Shown in pieces: positions 19,377-29,448 of a DNA stretch of 64,000 nt. The DNA is from Promethearchaeota archaeon (GTDB lineage Archaea; Asgardarchaeota; Lokiarchaeia; Sigyniarchaeales; SOKP01). The stretch's first letter is position 1, and every line of letters starts with the position of its first letter. Under the pieces are notes generated by a model. That model saw only the letters and a list, made by a program, of their open reading frames with translations. It had not been told where the DNA came from and searched no databases. The stretch covers positions 614,410 through 678,409 of the forward strand of contig JAHPZA010000009.1 of NCBI GenBank assembly GCA_019058445.1, given 5' to 3'. Both the position numbers and the translations under genes were made by a program.

Positions 19377-19395
19377 CGTAGTTAAAAAAACTACG
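19377..19395. promoter_or_regulatory. Inverted repeat, possible operator for the 19328 gene pair
   Basis: CGTAGTT-N5-AACTACG, just downstream of a minus-strand TTTAAATA TATA-like box. Confidence 0.4.
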
Positions 19396-19543
19396 CGTAT
19401 TTAAAATTTATTAATTTCTTGGGCTTATGTAAAATTAGAATTAAGAATGATGTAAGTCAAATATATCTCAAACTATTACTTTTTTTTTTATTAAAACTTG
19501 ATGTTTTAAATAATTTTAAGCAGAATATATACAATATAATCCA

Positions 19544-20347
19544 TTATAAAAAATCAAAGATTTTCTTTTGTGTATCGAAACGTTTTATCGATAAATTAAA
19601 CCTTTTTTTCAGCTCATTTGCTGATTCGGGAGCAAAACCAGCGAAGTGATTATTTACAATAATAAAAATTTCATAGATTTCAGATGATTTTAATAAATTA
19701 TTAACATTTTTATTTAGATCAGCTATCGCAGCTTCTTGTTTTCTTTGGATTCGATTGAAGACATCTAACTCACGATCTCCTATCAATCTAATATAGTATA
19801 CTTTTTGGTTAGGCATGTAATAGGGCTTAATTCCAGGTATATATGTAGTTCCGAGAATGATTTGTGATCCGTTAATGATTTGAGACAGAATTTTGTTCTC
19901 AAACCATGAATTATCTCGTAATTCAATTACATAGCTATATTTGGATGGAATTTTGTTTAAAAGGTTTGATAATTGTTTATAATGTTTCTCAGAATACTTA
20001 AACCAAGGAGGAAATTGTAAGAGAAATTTAGATGTTTTTTCTTCCAATTGTGCCATACGGGAAAAAAATTGCACTATATAAGTCTCTAATTCAGGATCAT
20101 TTAGATTATGTGATATTTTTTGCCACACTTTAACAACAAATATAAATGATTCTGGAGTCTTTAAAGCCCAATTCTGTACAATTTCTGCAGAAGGTAAGTT
20201 GTAAAATGTTGAATTGATCTCTACTATATCAAAATATTGGGTATAATACTCTAAATGCCGGTACCTCTCAAGTGTTTTAGGATAAAAGGGACCAATCCAA
20301 TCCTTATAATCCCAACCGGCACATCCAATAAAAAATTTTATCTGCAT
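19544..20347 (-). CDS. DUF72 (YecE-like) protein
   Basis: IGCAGWDY..W.G.FYP, VEINSTFY, LLQFPP, IELR..SW, NNHFAG.AP. Confidence 0.93.
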   Translation of the reverse strand: MQIKFFIGCAGWDYKDWIGPFYPKTLERYRHLEYYTQYFDIVEINSTFYNLPSAEIVQNWALKTPESFIFVVKVWQKISHNLNDPELETYIVQFFSRMAQLEEKTSKFLLQFPPWFKYSEKHYKQLSNLLNKIPSKYSYVIELRDNSWFENKILSQIINGSQIILGTTYIPGIKPYYMPNQKVYYIRLIGDRELDVFNRIQRKQEAAIADLNKNVNNLLKSSEIYEIFIIVNNHFAGFAPESANELKKRFNLSIKRFDTQKKIFDFL

Positions 20348-20435
20348 AAAAAAATATATTTTTAAAGCATTATATATAGCATATATATTGCTAATTGAAA
20401 TTAAATGTTTTATCTTATAAGTAAAAAGTGCCGCA

Positions 20436-21992
20436 TTGATGAATTCAAGAGAAACTATTTTTGATGTAGCGAATTTTAGAAAATGGAAAGAATCATCAAT
20501 GGAGCGTCATGATCTTTATAATTTTGAGTCAAAAATAGATTATATCTTTGATAGAACTCCTACCGAAAAAGAGTCTTCTTATCTGCTTGAAGTGTTTTTT
20601 TTTATTCCAGAGAGCCTCCAAATTAATAAAGAAAGCTATTCTAAGGAACAATTTTTTTTAGATTTAAATAATCGAATACGCTTCAAAACCCCTCAGATGA
20701 CCATAAAAGGGCTACTTGACGAGCAGAATAAATTATCCCCTATATATGTAATTTTAAAAAAATTAAAAGAGATACAATATGGAGAAATCTCTCATGAAAC
20801 AAATATTCGCATTGAGAGAGAAATAAGATTATTAGCGTGTATAGTAAAAGTATCATTAAGGGATCAATTTTCTTTTATTTTAACATTTCAACAAAAATTG
20901 AAGAAGCAAGGTAATCTTGCTATTGTTATTAGCAATTACTTGGATGACATTGAGGAATTGGAGGCAAAAATGAATTTATTAAGAGATATGTTTTCCATTT
21001 CACAAATTCCATATAAATTACGAGAAGCACTTCAATATGCTGATGAATATATTAGCCTTCAAATAAAAACATGGATGGCTCAAGCCATTAAAGAGTTAGA
21101 AAAACAAATTGATAACAATATTCGCGATAGAATGATCCAAATAATTGAACGGGAACAAGATTTTAGAAGAATTATCAATAGTCTACTGATTTTAGAAGAA
21201 AATTCTGAAAATGAAGCATTTACTTACTATGAAAGTATCTTAAAAAAATATGTTCAAGGGGTCTTATATTTAGAAAAAAAAAAAAAAGATCCGAAATCCC
21301 GCTCTTTGGAACTTTTATATTCGGTGGCGGCTGGATTTGCGATGTTTATATCACTGTTCCTAACAGTGTTATTACTTAACGCTTATGATGTCAATTCAAT
21401 CCCCTTTATAATATTAGCAATTGTAATTTACATTTTTAAAGACCGAATAAAGGAAATTTTTAGAGGAGTTTCACAAAAGGCTGTTGGATTGGTCTTTCCA
21501 GACCAAAGAGTCGATATTGAAGATAAATTTTATCAAGTGACAATTGGAGAGAGCCGAGAAAAAGTAAGTTTTATGGAATGGGAGGATGTCCCAGATGAAA
21601 TACTTGGAGTGAGAAGCTCAAGTGATAAAAGTCCTTTGGAGGCAGAAGGGAAACCAGAGGTGGTTCTTTCCTATATGCAGAAAATAACCTTATTAAATGA
21701 AAAAATTGATGAAATTCATAAAAGAAAGAAGGATCTTTCAAATATTATCAGATTTAATATTCAAGATTTTTTAAAATATGCTGATGATCCTATTCAACAC
21801 GAACTTCTTTGGAATAATAATACAACTGAAGTTGAAGATATTTTAATTTCAAAAGTATACCATCTTAATATAGTCCTAAAACTTTCTTCATATAAGGGAA
21901 AGGAAATCAAGAGACTCTTTTTTAAGAAATTTAGAGTAATTCTTGATCAAAAGGGTATAAAGAGAATAGAAGAACCGGATATTACCTTATAA
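20436..21992 (+). CDS. Hypothetical protein with two central TM helices
   Basis: 518-aa ORF with hydrophobic hairpin near aa 290-335; no family recognised. Confidence 0.75.
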   Translation: MMNSRETIFDVANFRKWKESSMERHDLYNFESKIDYIFDRTPTEKESSYLLEVFFFIPESLQINKESYSKEQFFLDLNNRIRFKTPQMTIKGLLDEQNKLSPIYVILKKLKEIQYGEISHETNIRIEREIRLLACIVKVSLRDQFSFILTFQQKLKKQGNLAIVISNYLDDIEELEAKMNLLRDMFSISQIPYKLREALQYADEYISLQIKTWMAQAIKELEKQIDNNIRDRMIQIIEREQDFRRIINSLLILEENSENEAFTYYESILKKYVQGVLYLEKKKKDPKSRSLELLYSVAAGFAMFISLFLTVLLLNAYDVNSIPFIILAIVIYIFKDRIKEIFRGVSQKAVGLVFPDQRVDIEDKFYQVTIGESREKVSFMEWEDVPDEILGVRSSSDKSPLEAEGKPEVVLSYMQKITLLNEKIDEIHKRKKDLSNIIRFNIQDFLKYADDPIQHELLWNNNTTEVEDILISKVYHLNIVLKLSSYKGKEIKRLFFKKFRVILDQKGIKRIEEPDITL

Positions 21993-22049
21993 TTTTACTT
22001 ATTTCTAACAAAAATCTTTAATATATCTTTGATATATGTATATTTAAGC

Positions 22050-23156
22050 ATGGTTAGGTTAAAATGGGAAAACAAAAAAGACTTTTCGGGGAGAATTCTA
22101 GAAAATACACAATATTATAAAGACAAATTTAAAAAAATCAAAATAACAACCTTCAATTCTTCAAAGAAATTAATTAAGGGAAAAGAAACAACGCATTGGA
22201 CCAATAAATTAATATGGGGAGACAATCTTAAGGTCCTTTATTATCTTTTAAATGATTTCAAGGAAAAAATCGACTTAATATATATAGATCCTCCATTTTT
22301 TTCTGGTACTAATTATCACATAGAAATTAAAAGTGAGGCACGAGAATTTAACGCTATTGCTTATAATGATTATTGGAAGAATGATTTAGATTCTTATTTA
22401 GAAATGATTTATGAAAGGATAGTACTATTTAAAAAATTACTGTCAAAAAAAGGATTAATATTTGTCCACTTAGACTGGCATGCGAGCCATTATATAAGAG
22501 TAATATTAGACGAGATATTTGGACAAAATAAGTTTGTGAACAATATTGTATGGCATTATTATAATAAATATTCAGCAGGAAAGACCAATCTTCCACGAGC
22601 TCATGATGATATACTAGTTTATTCCAAGACTAATAAATATACATTCAATGAGCTTAGAATCCCTCGCGATAAACCAATAAAGCAATTAAAAAGAGAAATG
22701 GTAAATGGAGTTTTAAAGAATGCCAAAGACGAGAATGGCCATGTTATATATAGAACTGTAAAAGATAAAAAAATGGATGATGTGTGGAGAATTCCATGTA
22801 TGCAACCTGCCTCAAAAGAATGGACAGGTTTCCCAACTCAAAAACATCATGAATTGCTAAAAAGAATAATCAAGTTAGGAAGTAATAAAGGAGACATAGT
22901 TGCTGATTTTTTTTGTGGTTCAGGAACAACATTATTAACTGCAGAAAAGTTGAATAGAAGATGGATTGGTTGTGATATCTCGGAATATTCCATTTATTTA
23001 ACTCGCAAGAGATTGATGGCCTATTTTGAAAATAATAAAAACAGCTTTAAAGATGATCATCCCTTTGAGTTATATACTCATTTAAATGATGAGCGTGTTA
23101 ATATTATCAATTCTGGTTTTTTCGAAAAAGAATTAGCGATTAGAAGGAAGAAATAA
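22050..23156 (+). CDS. Site-specific DNA methyltransferase (N6A/N4C, beta class), orphan
   Basis: GDNL, IYIDPPF (motif IV) before FPTQK and DFFCGSGTT (motif I). Confidence 0.93.
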   Translation: MVRLKWENKKDFSGRILENTQYYKDKFKKIKITTFNSSKKLIKGKETTHWTNKLIWGDNLKVLYYLLNDFKEKIDLIYIDPPFFSGTNYHIEIKSEAREFNAIAYNDYWKNDLDSYLEMIYERIVLFKKLLSKKGLIFVHLDWHASHYIRVILDEIFGQNKFVNNIVWHYYNKYSAGKTNLPRAHDDILVYSKTNKYTFNELRIPRDKPIKQLKREMVNGVLKNAKDENGHVIYRTVKDKKMDDVWRIPCMQPASKEWTGFPTQKHHELLKRIIKLGSNKGDIVADFFCGSGTTLLTAEKLNRRWIGCDISEYSIYLTRKRLMAYFENNKNSFKDDHPFELYTHLNDERVNIINSGFFEKELAIRRKK

Positions 23157-23184
23157 ACCAATTAAACATTAATAATATAGGAAA

Positions 23185-24381
23185 ATGTATAAAAAACTAA
23201 ATGAATATGATATAACTTTAGAATCCTATAACTCGATTAAAAAGAAATTTAATTATTTAAAGGAATTAATTCCTAAAAATCGCTGTTTTATGGGATGGGA
23301 TGGGTTTATTGATCATTTATATACTGTTATTCAAGCTCGTGAAAGTCTAAATAAATGGACTCCAATTGATCATATGAAAAATTTTGGTAATCTAATCACC
23401 AGAGTCGCCGGCAGTTCAATAGGTATTGAAATGATATTAAAAAGAAGAGCAATTGGGGGATTCACTTCTAATGTGTGTAAAGGTATGAATACACTTGGAA
23501 TTAAAATGACTTTAGCTGCTGCCTGGGGTTATCCTAATCAGTTAGCGATTTTTAAAGATTTTTTAAACAAAAGAGAATCAATTGACGTAAAATCCTTTAC
23601 AGAACCAGGAATTACTATGGGGCTTGAATTCAATGACGGAAAGATAATGTTGAATAATGTTGAAAGTATTTTAAAAATCAATTGGGGCATCATAACTGAA
23701 AGGATTGGTATTGAAAATCTTCTGGATCAAATAGAGAAAAATAATTTAGTTGGATTGGGGTATTGGGCACTAATCTTACAATTTGAGGATATTTTACGAC
23801 GAATGCTTGTTGATGTGTTTCCATCTATTTCAAATCTAAAAAACAAATTGCTTTTTTTTGATTTAGCTGATGTTAAGAGACGAACGCAAAATGATCTCAT
23901 CTTTTTTTTAAAATATCTTCCTAAAGTTGAGGACGAAATTCCATTGATTTTAAGCTTAAATGATCAAGAGGCCAAAGATGTGCTATCTGCTTTACAGTCA
24001 GCGAATTTAATAAAAATTAAAGGGAAAAATGTTGAGGATTTAACCGATGCTGGTATTTATATAAATGATTTTCTTAACATTTCATATGTTATCATTCATT
24101 CACCTCATTTTGCTACAATTACTAGTAAAAATGCCCATTTTTGGGTTACCGAAGGGTATACTTCACAACCCCGATATACAACCAGTGCAGGAGATCATTT
24201 TAATGCGGGAACGGTACTTGGTTTAGCATGTAACTTATCACCTGCAGAGTCAATTCTCATGGGAAACGCTCTTACAGCGATTTTTGTGAGAACTGGAAAA
24301 TCTCCAAATATTAATGAATTATTTCAATACATTCAAAAATATATGGAATATATTGAAAAAGACAATCCAAATTTTCCTTAA
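23185..24381 (+). CDS. PfkB/ribokinase-like carbohydrate kinase
   Basis: C-terminal TTSAGDHFNAG; LNDQEA; GWDGFID. Confidence 0.75.
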   Translation: MYKKLNEYDITLESYNSIKKKFNYLKELIPKNRCFMGWDGFIDHLYTVIQARESLNKWTPIDHMKNFGNLITRVAGSSIGIEMILKRRAIGGFTSNVCKGMNTLGIKMTLAAAWGYPNQLAIFKDFLNKRESIDVKSFTEPGITMGLEFNDGKIMLNNVESILKINWGIITERIGIENLLDQIEKNNLVGLGYWALILQFEDILRRMLVDVFPSISNLKNKLLFFDLADVKRRTQNDLIFFLKYLPKVEDEIPLILSLNDQEAKDVLSALQSANLIKIKGKNVEDLTDAGIYINDFLNISYVIIHSPHFATITSKNAHFWVTEGYTSQPRYTTSAGDHFNAGTVLGLACNLSPAESILMGNALTAIFVRTGKSPNINELFQYIQKYMEYIEKDNPNFP

Positions 24382-26316
24382 TTATTTAATTTGGGTAATA
24401 TTGACTCGATGTATTCCATCTTCTTTTATCTTAATGAGTATTAATTGATCATTTTCTTTCTTTTCAACAATTCCCTTATTTATTTTAATCTTAAAGCCTT
24501 TAGGATATTGAATTTTCGGGATATAAAGAATAGTAGGTGCTTGAATAGATGAATCTCCATCAAATTCAAAATAAAAAGATCCTTCTTTAAGGTTAAATTT
24601 CATATTCATTGGAATTCCCGCACAATGTAGAAAATGAGGGCGGCAAAATCCTTTAACTGCCCTTCCACCGCTGTTGATATCACTTGGATCAAGCTGCTGA
24701 TCTCTGCTAAATATAGATAAATCCTCTAAATTCCACAAATCCCCCCATTCATTACAATTATCAGATGTATAGTTCCATTGGGTGCCATGGAGCAAATGCA
24801 TATCCATTGCGTCATAGTACATGGTCAGCATCTCAATATTTTTTTTAAAGGCTTTTTGCCCCTTTTTCTCATACATTTTATAAGCTTTTTTATTCTTAAG
24901 GTCATAATGAAGTCCAAACTCTCCTAATAACGTGGGGACACCTCCTGCGATGATTTTCGAAACATTTTTTATGTTTGCTAATTGGCGATTAAACATTTCC
25001 TGTACATTTTTTTTTCCAAATACAAGCTTATCTGTCATGATATCAAAATTCATCCTTATCCAAGCTCTTTTTGTTGTCGCTGAAGCTGCATCATACCAGT
25101 GTGCGGCATTTACATACGGACCTTCATTTTGAGGTAAGTCAAAATTAGTTTTTTTACCCATTATCATTGTAACTTCAGGTCCTTCGAAGAATATGATTGA
25201 GTTGGGGATAATCGCTCGAATTTCTTTTGAGAACATCAAAATAAATGGTGATAAATAATCTTTATAGAAATCTACCTTTTTTTCATCAAAAATTGTGAAA
25301 TGGTCATTATTTAGGATTATAGGGTTCTCATTCTCATCTAAATCCCATATTCCTTCTCTACGCCAAATATCTTGAGCTTCTTCAAGCCAACATGAAATCT
25401 TGTTCTGGTTTAAGGTATCCTTTCTTGTTTCCTTAATTGAAGTAAGTTTAATTTCTCTATATGGAATGGTTCGTGAATATCCTGCTGCTGTCACCATAGC
25501 GTCAAAAGGAGTAAATGCATGCCCTAAAACTTCAGAAAATCCTTCCTTTCCACTACTATCTACTTTATCTTCAATCCATCCCTTCTTAGGCTCATTTAAA
25601 CTGTCAAATCCAATAATTGAAGAGAAATCTTTTACATTATTTGCGATTTGTTTGACTGCTCCGATATAGTGTTGTTGAAAATAGTCTTGGACATTTATAC
25701 CATCTATCTTACAGGAAGGAGCAAAATTTCTTCCCCCAAAAAACAGCGTCCACATGGTAGCATTGGCAAATCGAACATTATTATTATCCCAATACATTAC
25801 TGGATATGCTTTAGGATTATTTGAGTCATATCGATATTGCATAACAAAAGCAGCTTCACTTTTATCGAATTTTGTAAAGTCCAATCCTACTTTTTCAAAA
25901 AGCCAACCAGGGGCTCCATCACCCCCGGTCATTCTACTCCACACATCTTGATGGGGATCAATAAAAATATAAAATTCATATGGTTCAGCAATCTTCAAAA
26001 CTTCTTCTATATAATCTAAATATTCTTTATCATATTGTTTTGGACCTTTATGTTCTATTGCCTCCCATGTGATTAAAAATCTAAGACAATTAAATCCCCA
26101 GTGTTTTATACGACGAAAATGCTCATCTGCCTCTTTTATTGGAAAAGGTCTACCAACAAATGAAACATCTCTATGATCTCTAAAATCTGTCTCTATATGT
26201 GTTGCTCCATCTGGAACTGTAGGAACTTTTGAGCTCCCACCTAAATTTACACCTCTAAGTAAGACAGTTCTACCATTCTTATCTATGAACCATTCATTTT
26301 TAGTGGTTATTGTCAT
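24382..26316 (-). CDS. Glycoside hydrolase family 5, endoglycoceramidase/glucosylceramidase-like, with C-terminal domain
   Basis: GRTVLLRGVN, SFVGRPFP, TWEAIEH.GP, DPHQDVWSR..GG.GAP, NEP acid/base, GEFG nucleophile, WN.EDLSI. Confidence 0.93.
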   Translation of the reverse strand: MTITTKNEWFIDKNGRTVLLRGVNLGGSSKVPTVPDGATHIETDFRDHRDVSFVGRPFPIKEADEHFRRIKHWGFNCLRFLITWEAIEHKGPKQYDKEYLDYIEEVLKIAEPYEFYIFIDPHQDVWSRMTGGDGAPGWLFEKVGLDFTKFDKSEAAFVMQYRYDSNNPKAYPVMYWDNNNVRFANATMWTLFFGGRNFAPSCKIDGINVQDYFQQHYIGAVKQIANNVKDFSSIIGFDSLNEPKKGWIEDKVDSSGKEGFSEVLGHAFTPFDAMVTAAGYSRTIPYREIKLTSIKETRKDTLNQNKISCWLEEAQDIWRREGIWDLDENENPIILNNDHFTIFDEKKVDFYKDYLSPFILMFSKEIRAIIPNSIIFFEGPEVTMIMGKKTNFDLPQNEGPYVNAAHWYDAASATTKRAWIRMNFDIMTDKLVFGKKNVQEMFNRQLANIKNVSKIIAGGVPTLLGEFGLHYDLKNKKAYKMYEKKGQKAFKKNIEMLTMYYDAMDMHLLHGTQWNYTSDNCNEWGDLWNLEDLSIFSRDQQLDPSDINSGGRAVKGFCRPHFLHCAGIPMNMKFNLKEGSFYFEFDGDSSIQAPTILYIPKIQYPKGFKIKINKGIVEKKENDQLILIKIKEDGIHRVNITQIK

Positions 26317-26381
26317 AATAATTCAATATTATCAATTCTAATTCAATTTAATTAGTAAAATTAAAGAATGGAATATTGGCT

Positions 26382-27839
26382 TTAATATTTCATTTTTTTA
26401 TCAGCTTCTTTCTTATAGTACCAATCGGAGTGTCTATCAAAAGAAGTCTTATCTAAAGTAATTAAAAGATCATTTTTAGCATCAACTTCAATTATTTTAA
26501 ATAATTCTTTACAAATATCTGGATTATCTCCTGAAATATCTTCATTCCATTCTGGATCTTTTGAGAGATCAAACAATTTTTGATTATTTCTATTATTAGA
26601 TGTAATTAATGCGTAATGATCATCTTTATATAAAGAACAGTCACTAAAACCACATGTAATATAATCTCGATTTTCTAATACTAAATCGCTTTCATCAATA
26701 AATATGGAAAGGTCTAAGCCTTCAAAAACTTCGGGTTTAGCTTTTCCTAGAAATCCAAAAATAGTGGGTAAAATATCATGAACGTAAGCATAGCTTTTTT
26801 TTATACGTTTAGACCCTTTAGTAACCCCAAGGGGTTTAATCATGAATGGAATATCTACTAGTTCAGGGTACATGCACATAGGTATTTTTCCAAAAGCTCC
26901 ATGGTCTCCAATACAATGTCCATGATCACTTAAAAGAATAATCAAAGAATCCTCGTATATCTCCATTTCTTTTAATTTATTAATGAAAAATCCAAACCAA
27001 TTATCACATAATGAAACTTCTCCAGCGTAACTTGCTCTCATAAATTTTATCTCGTCGTCGGAAAAAAAGTTTTTATTTTCGTTATAGACTGGATGAATTA
27101 TTTTGTTCCCTGAATAGTTTTTATCGCTATATAAATTCAAATATTTCTCAGGGGGATCCCATGGTTCGTGCGGATCAAAACTATCTATTAGAATAAGAGT
27201 GTTTTTAATGTTTAGCGTATCCTCAACGGATTTTAACGCAGTATTGAAAGTTTGGGCGGGAAAATATTCGATTTCTTCGTTTCTGTCCTGTATATTAGGT
27301 AAATACCATTTTAATACATTCTTTAAATATTGGATTGCCGCTCTATTTTCTTTTGTTTTAGCGGGCACATGATTTTTAAGTTTTGCATTAAATAGATTGC
27401 GTTGTCCTCTCTCCAATGCCCTATATCTATCGTATTCTTGTCCGCGAATCCAATGCCATTCGTGAAATGCGAGATGATAATTCATATTTGGCTGAAAATG
27501 ATGGTATGTGCTGGTGACAAAAGAAGTAATATATCCAGCATTTAACATATATTCTGCTAAGTGAGTTTGATTAGGAGGTATCGGGTTCCATCCAGCAGGA
27601 TCTAAACCCTCTATATTTCTAAGTTTTGGTTTTTTGTGATTAAAAGGAAATGTCCGGATTCCGGTATGAATAGCTCGACGTACGGGAAGCGTAGGCAGAG
27701 ATTCTGGATAAGCTTTATCAAAAACGATACAATCGTTCGCAAATGCGTCAATATTTGGGGTTTGTATCCAATTGTTCCCATAGGTCTTTCCTGAATGATC
27801 CTTTCTTAATGAATCAAAAATAATAATAAAGATCTTCAT
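26382..27839 (-). CDS. Sulfatase-like alkaline phosphatase superfamily hydrolase
   Basis: DSLRKDH, TPNID, TLPVRRAIHTG, FDPHEPWDPP, SDHG..GDHG. Confidence 0.88.
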   Translation of the reverse strand: MKIFIIIFDSLRKDHSGKTYGNNWIQTPNIDAFANDCIVFDKAYPESLPTLPVRRAIHTGIRTFPFNHKKPKLRNIEGLDPAGWNPIPPNQTHLAEYMLNAGYITSFVTSTYHHFQPNMNYHLAFHEWHWIRGQEYDRYRALERGQRNLFNAKLKNHVPAKTKENRAAIQYLKNVLKWYLPNIQDRNEEIEYFPAQTFNTALKSVEDTLNIKNTLILIDSFDPHEPWDPPEKYLNLYSDKNYSGNKIIHPVYNENKNFFSDDEIKFMRASYAGEVSLCDNWFGFFINKLKEMEIYEDSLIILLSDHGHCIGDHGAFGKIPMCMYPELVDIPFMIKPLGVTKGSKRIKKSYAYVHDILPTIFGFLGKAKPEVFEGLDLSIFIDESDLVLENRDYITCGFSDCSLYKDDHYALITSNNRNNQKLFDLSKDPEWNEDISGDNPDICKELFKIIEVDAKNDLLITLDKTSFDRHSDWYYKKEADKKMKY

Positions 27840-27924
27840 AATTGTATAAGCTTTATCTTAAAATTTTAATAAATGTTTTGCGTTGTTCCATAAATTTTTA
27901 TTAAACAAAGAAAAAAAGAAAAAA

Positions 27925-29361
27925 TTAGGGTGATTGATTATGATAAATAGTATTATATCCTAAATATCTAAAAAGCGCTTCATAGACTATATCTCCCACT
28001 TTATTTAAGTTTGCAGCGACATGATGGGCAAATCCACCTAAACATACAGATTTCAATAATTCTTGTAGGTTTGGAATTTCAACTACACCATAACCACCAA
28101 AAGTTTCTAAAGGGTCATCTGTATATTCCCCTTCAGCTATTAACGCTTTCATTTCTCCAAAAATATCATCAGTTTCGATTCTGAGCATTGTACATGGTCG
28201 AGTTTTTATTCTTCCTTGAATCGCGCCAAATGAAACCTCACCTCCTTTTGAATCTGCAATAATTGGATGAATAGTCATTCTAGTATCTTTAAAAAACGAT
28301 TTAGGAAGATTACTGCAGTGGAAAAGCACCATTTTATTTGGATCATCACCATAATTGTTATTCCAATCTAATATTGCTGAAGGTGTATCCGAAGCATACT
28401 GTAAAATTAACATGCCTATTAGCCCGGAAATATCGACTTCACAAGCCGCAGGAACCAATCCCTCGCTAAACATACTCATAACGGCGCAGGGAACAATTCC
28501 GAAATTATCTTGGATTGAAGGCCAACATTGAAAGGCAAATCCGTCTAACTCTTTTTCAATAACCCAATTTTCAACCACGACTGCCAATTTTGCAAGTTTA
28601 AGTATACCATCTTCGGGAAACTGTGTTGTTGGTGTGTATTTTTTAATGAAATCTATTTTTTCTTGAATATTTGGATCATCATCACTTAAGCGGTTGATTT
28701 GGCCAAAAATTTCAGACAAATCTATTGGTTCTACACTTATTCCATTAAATTCTAAGATTTTTTCACTATAGCGCACAGTATTAAACGCATTAGGTCTTGT
28801 CCCAATTTGCCCTACTCGTAGATTTCTTAGTTTTTTTACAATTCTACAGATTTTCTCAAATTTTAGAAGGTCTGCTTTATATTGATCTGATTTAATCGCG
28901 CAGGTGTGATATTCCGTTAGAGTAAATGGAATCCCATACTGATATAAGACGCTTGTTACCGAGATTTTACCACAAAATGCATCTCTTCTATAGGTTCTAT
29001 TCATCTTATCAATTTCGTCTGAAGATGCTTGTATTAAGACGGGAACATTAATATCTGCCATTTTAAGAGTCTCAGCGATTCCTTTTTCATCCCCAAAATT
29101 TGGTAAAATAACCAGAATTCCATCGATTTTTTCTCTATTTGCTTTAAATAACTCAGCACATTTCTTAGCATCCTCATGGGTTTCAACAACACCGAATTTC
29201 GTAGCATTTTCATCCAAAATTATATAATCAAAGTTTAGTATACTTAAGAGTTCGGTTATTTCATCTCTGCCCTCTTTTGCTAAATGATCTGGAAAGACAT
29301 CGCGATTCCCAACGATTATCCCAAAAGTAATTTTTTCTGGTTTCATATAAATAAATGACAT
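27925..29361 (-). CDS. L-fucose/L-arabinose isomerase family protein
   Basis: NFGDE, RRDAFCGKIS, QCWP, ACEVD, FHCSN, HHVA. Confidence 0.9.
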   Translation of the reverse strand: MSFIYMKPEKITFGIIVGNRDVFPDHLAKEGRDEITELLSILNFDYIILDENATKFGVVETHEDAKKCAELFKANREKIDGILVILPNFGDEKGIAETLKMADINVPVLIQASSDEIDKMNRTYRRDAFCGKISVTSVLYQYGIPFTLTEYHTCAIKSDQYKADLLKFEKICRIVKKLRNLRVGQIGTRPNAFNTVRYSEKILEFNGISVEPIDLSEIFGQINRLSDDDPNIQEKIDFIKKYTPTTQFPEDGILKLAKLAVVVENWVIEKELDGFAFQCWPSIQDNFGIVPCAVMSMFSEGLVPAACEVDISGLIGMLILQYASDTPSAILDWNNNYGDDPNKMVLFHCSNLPKSFFKDTRMTIHPIIADSKGGEVSFGAIQGRIKTRPCTMLRIETDDIFGEMKALIAEGEYTDDPLETFGGYGVVEIPNLQELLKSVCLGGFAHHVAANLNKVGDIVYEALFRYLGYNTIYHNQSP

Positions 29362-29448
29362 CTTAATCTACTTTCTTTTATAATTAGATTATGAAAATAA
29401 ATCCCCGCTCTATATTTATTTTTTTTTTGATTTTTTCAAAAAATATTT

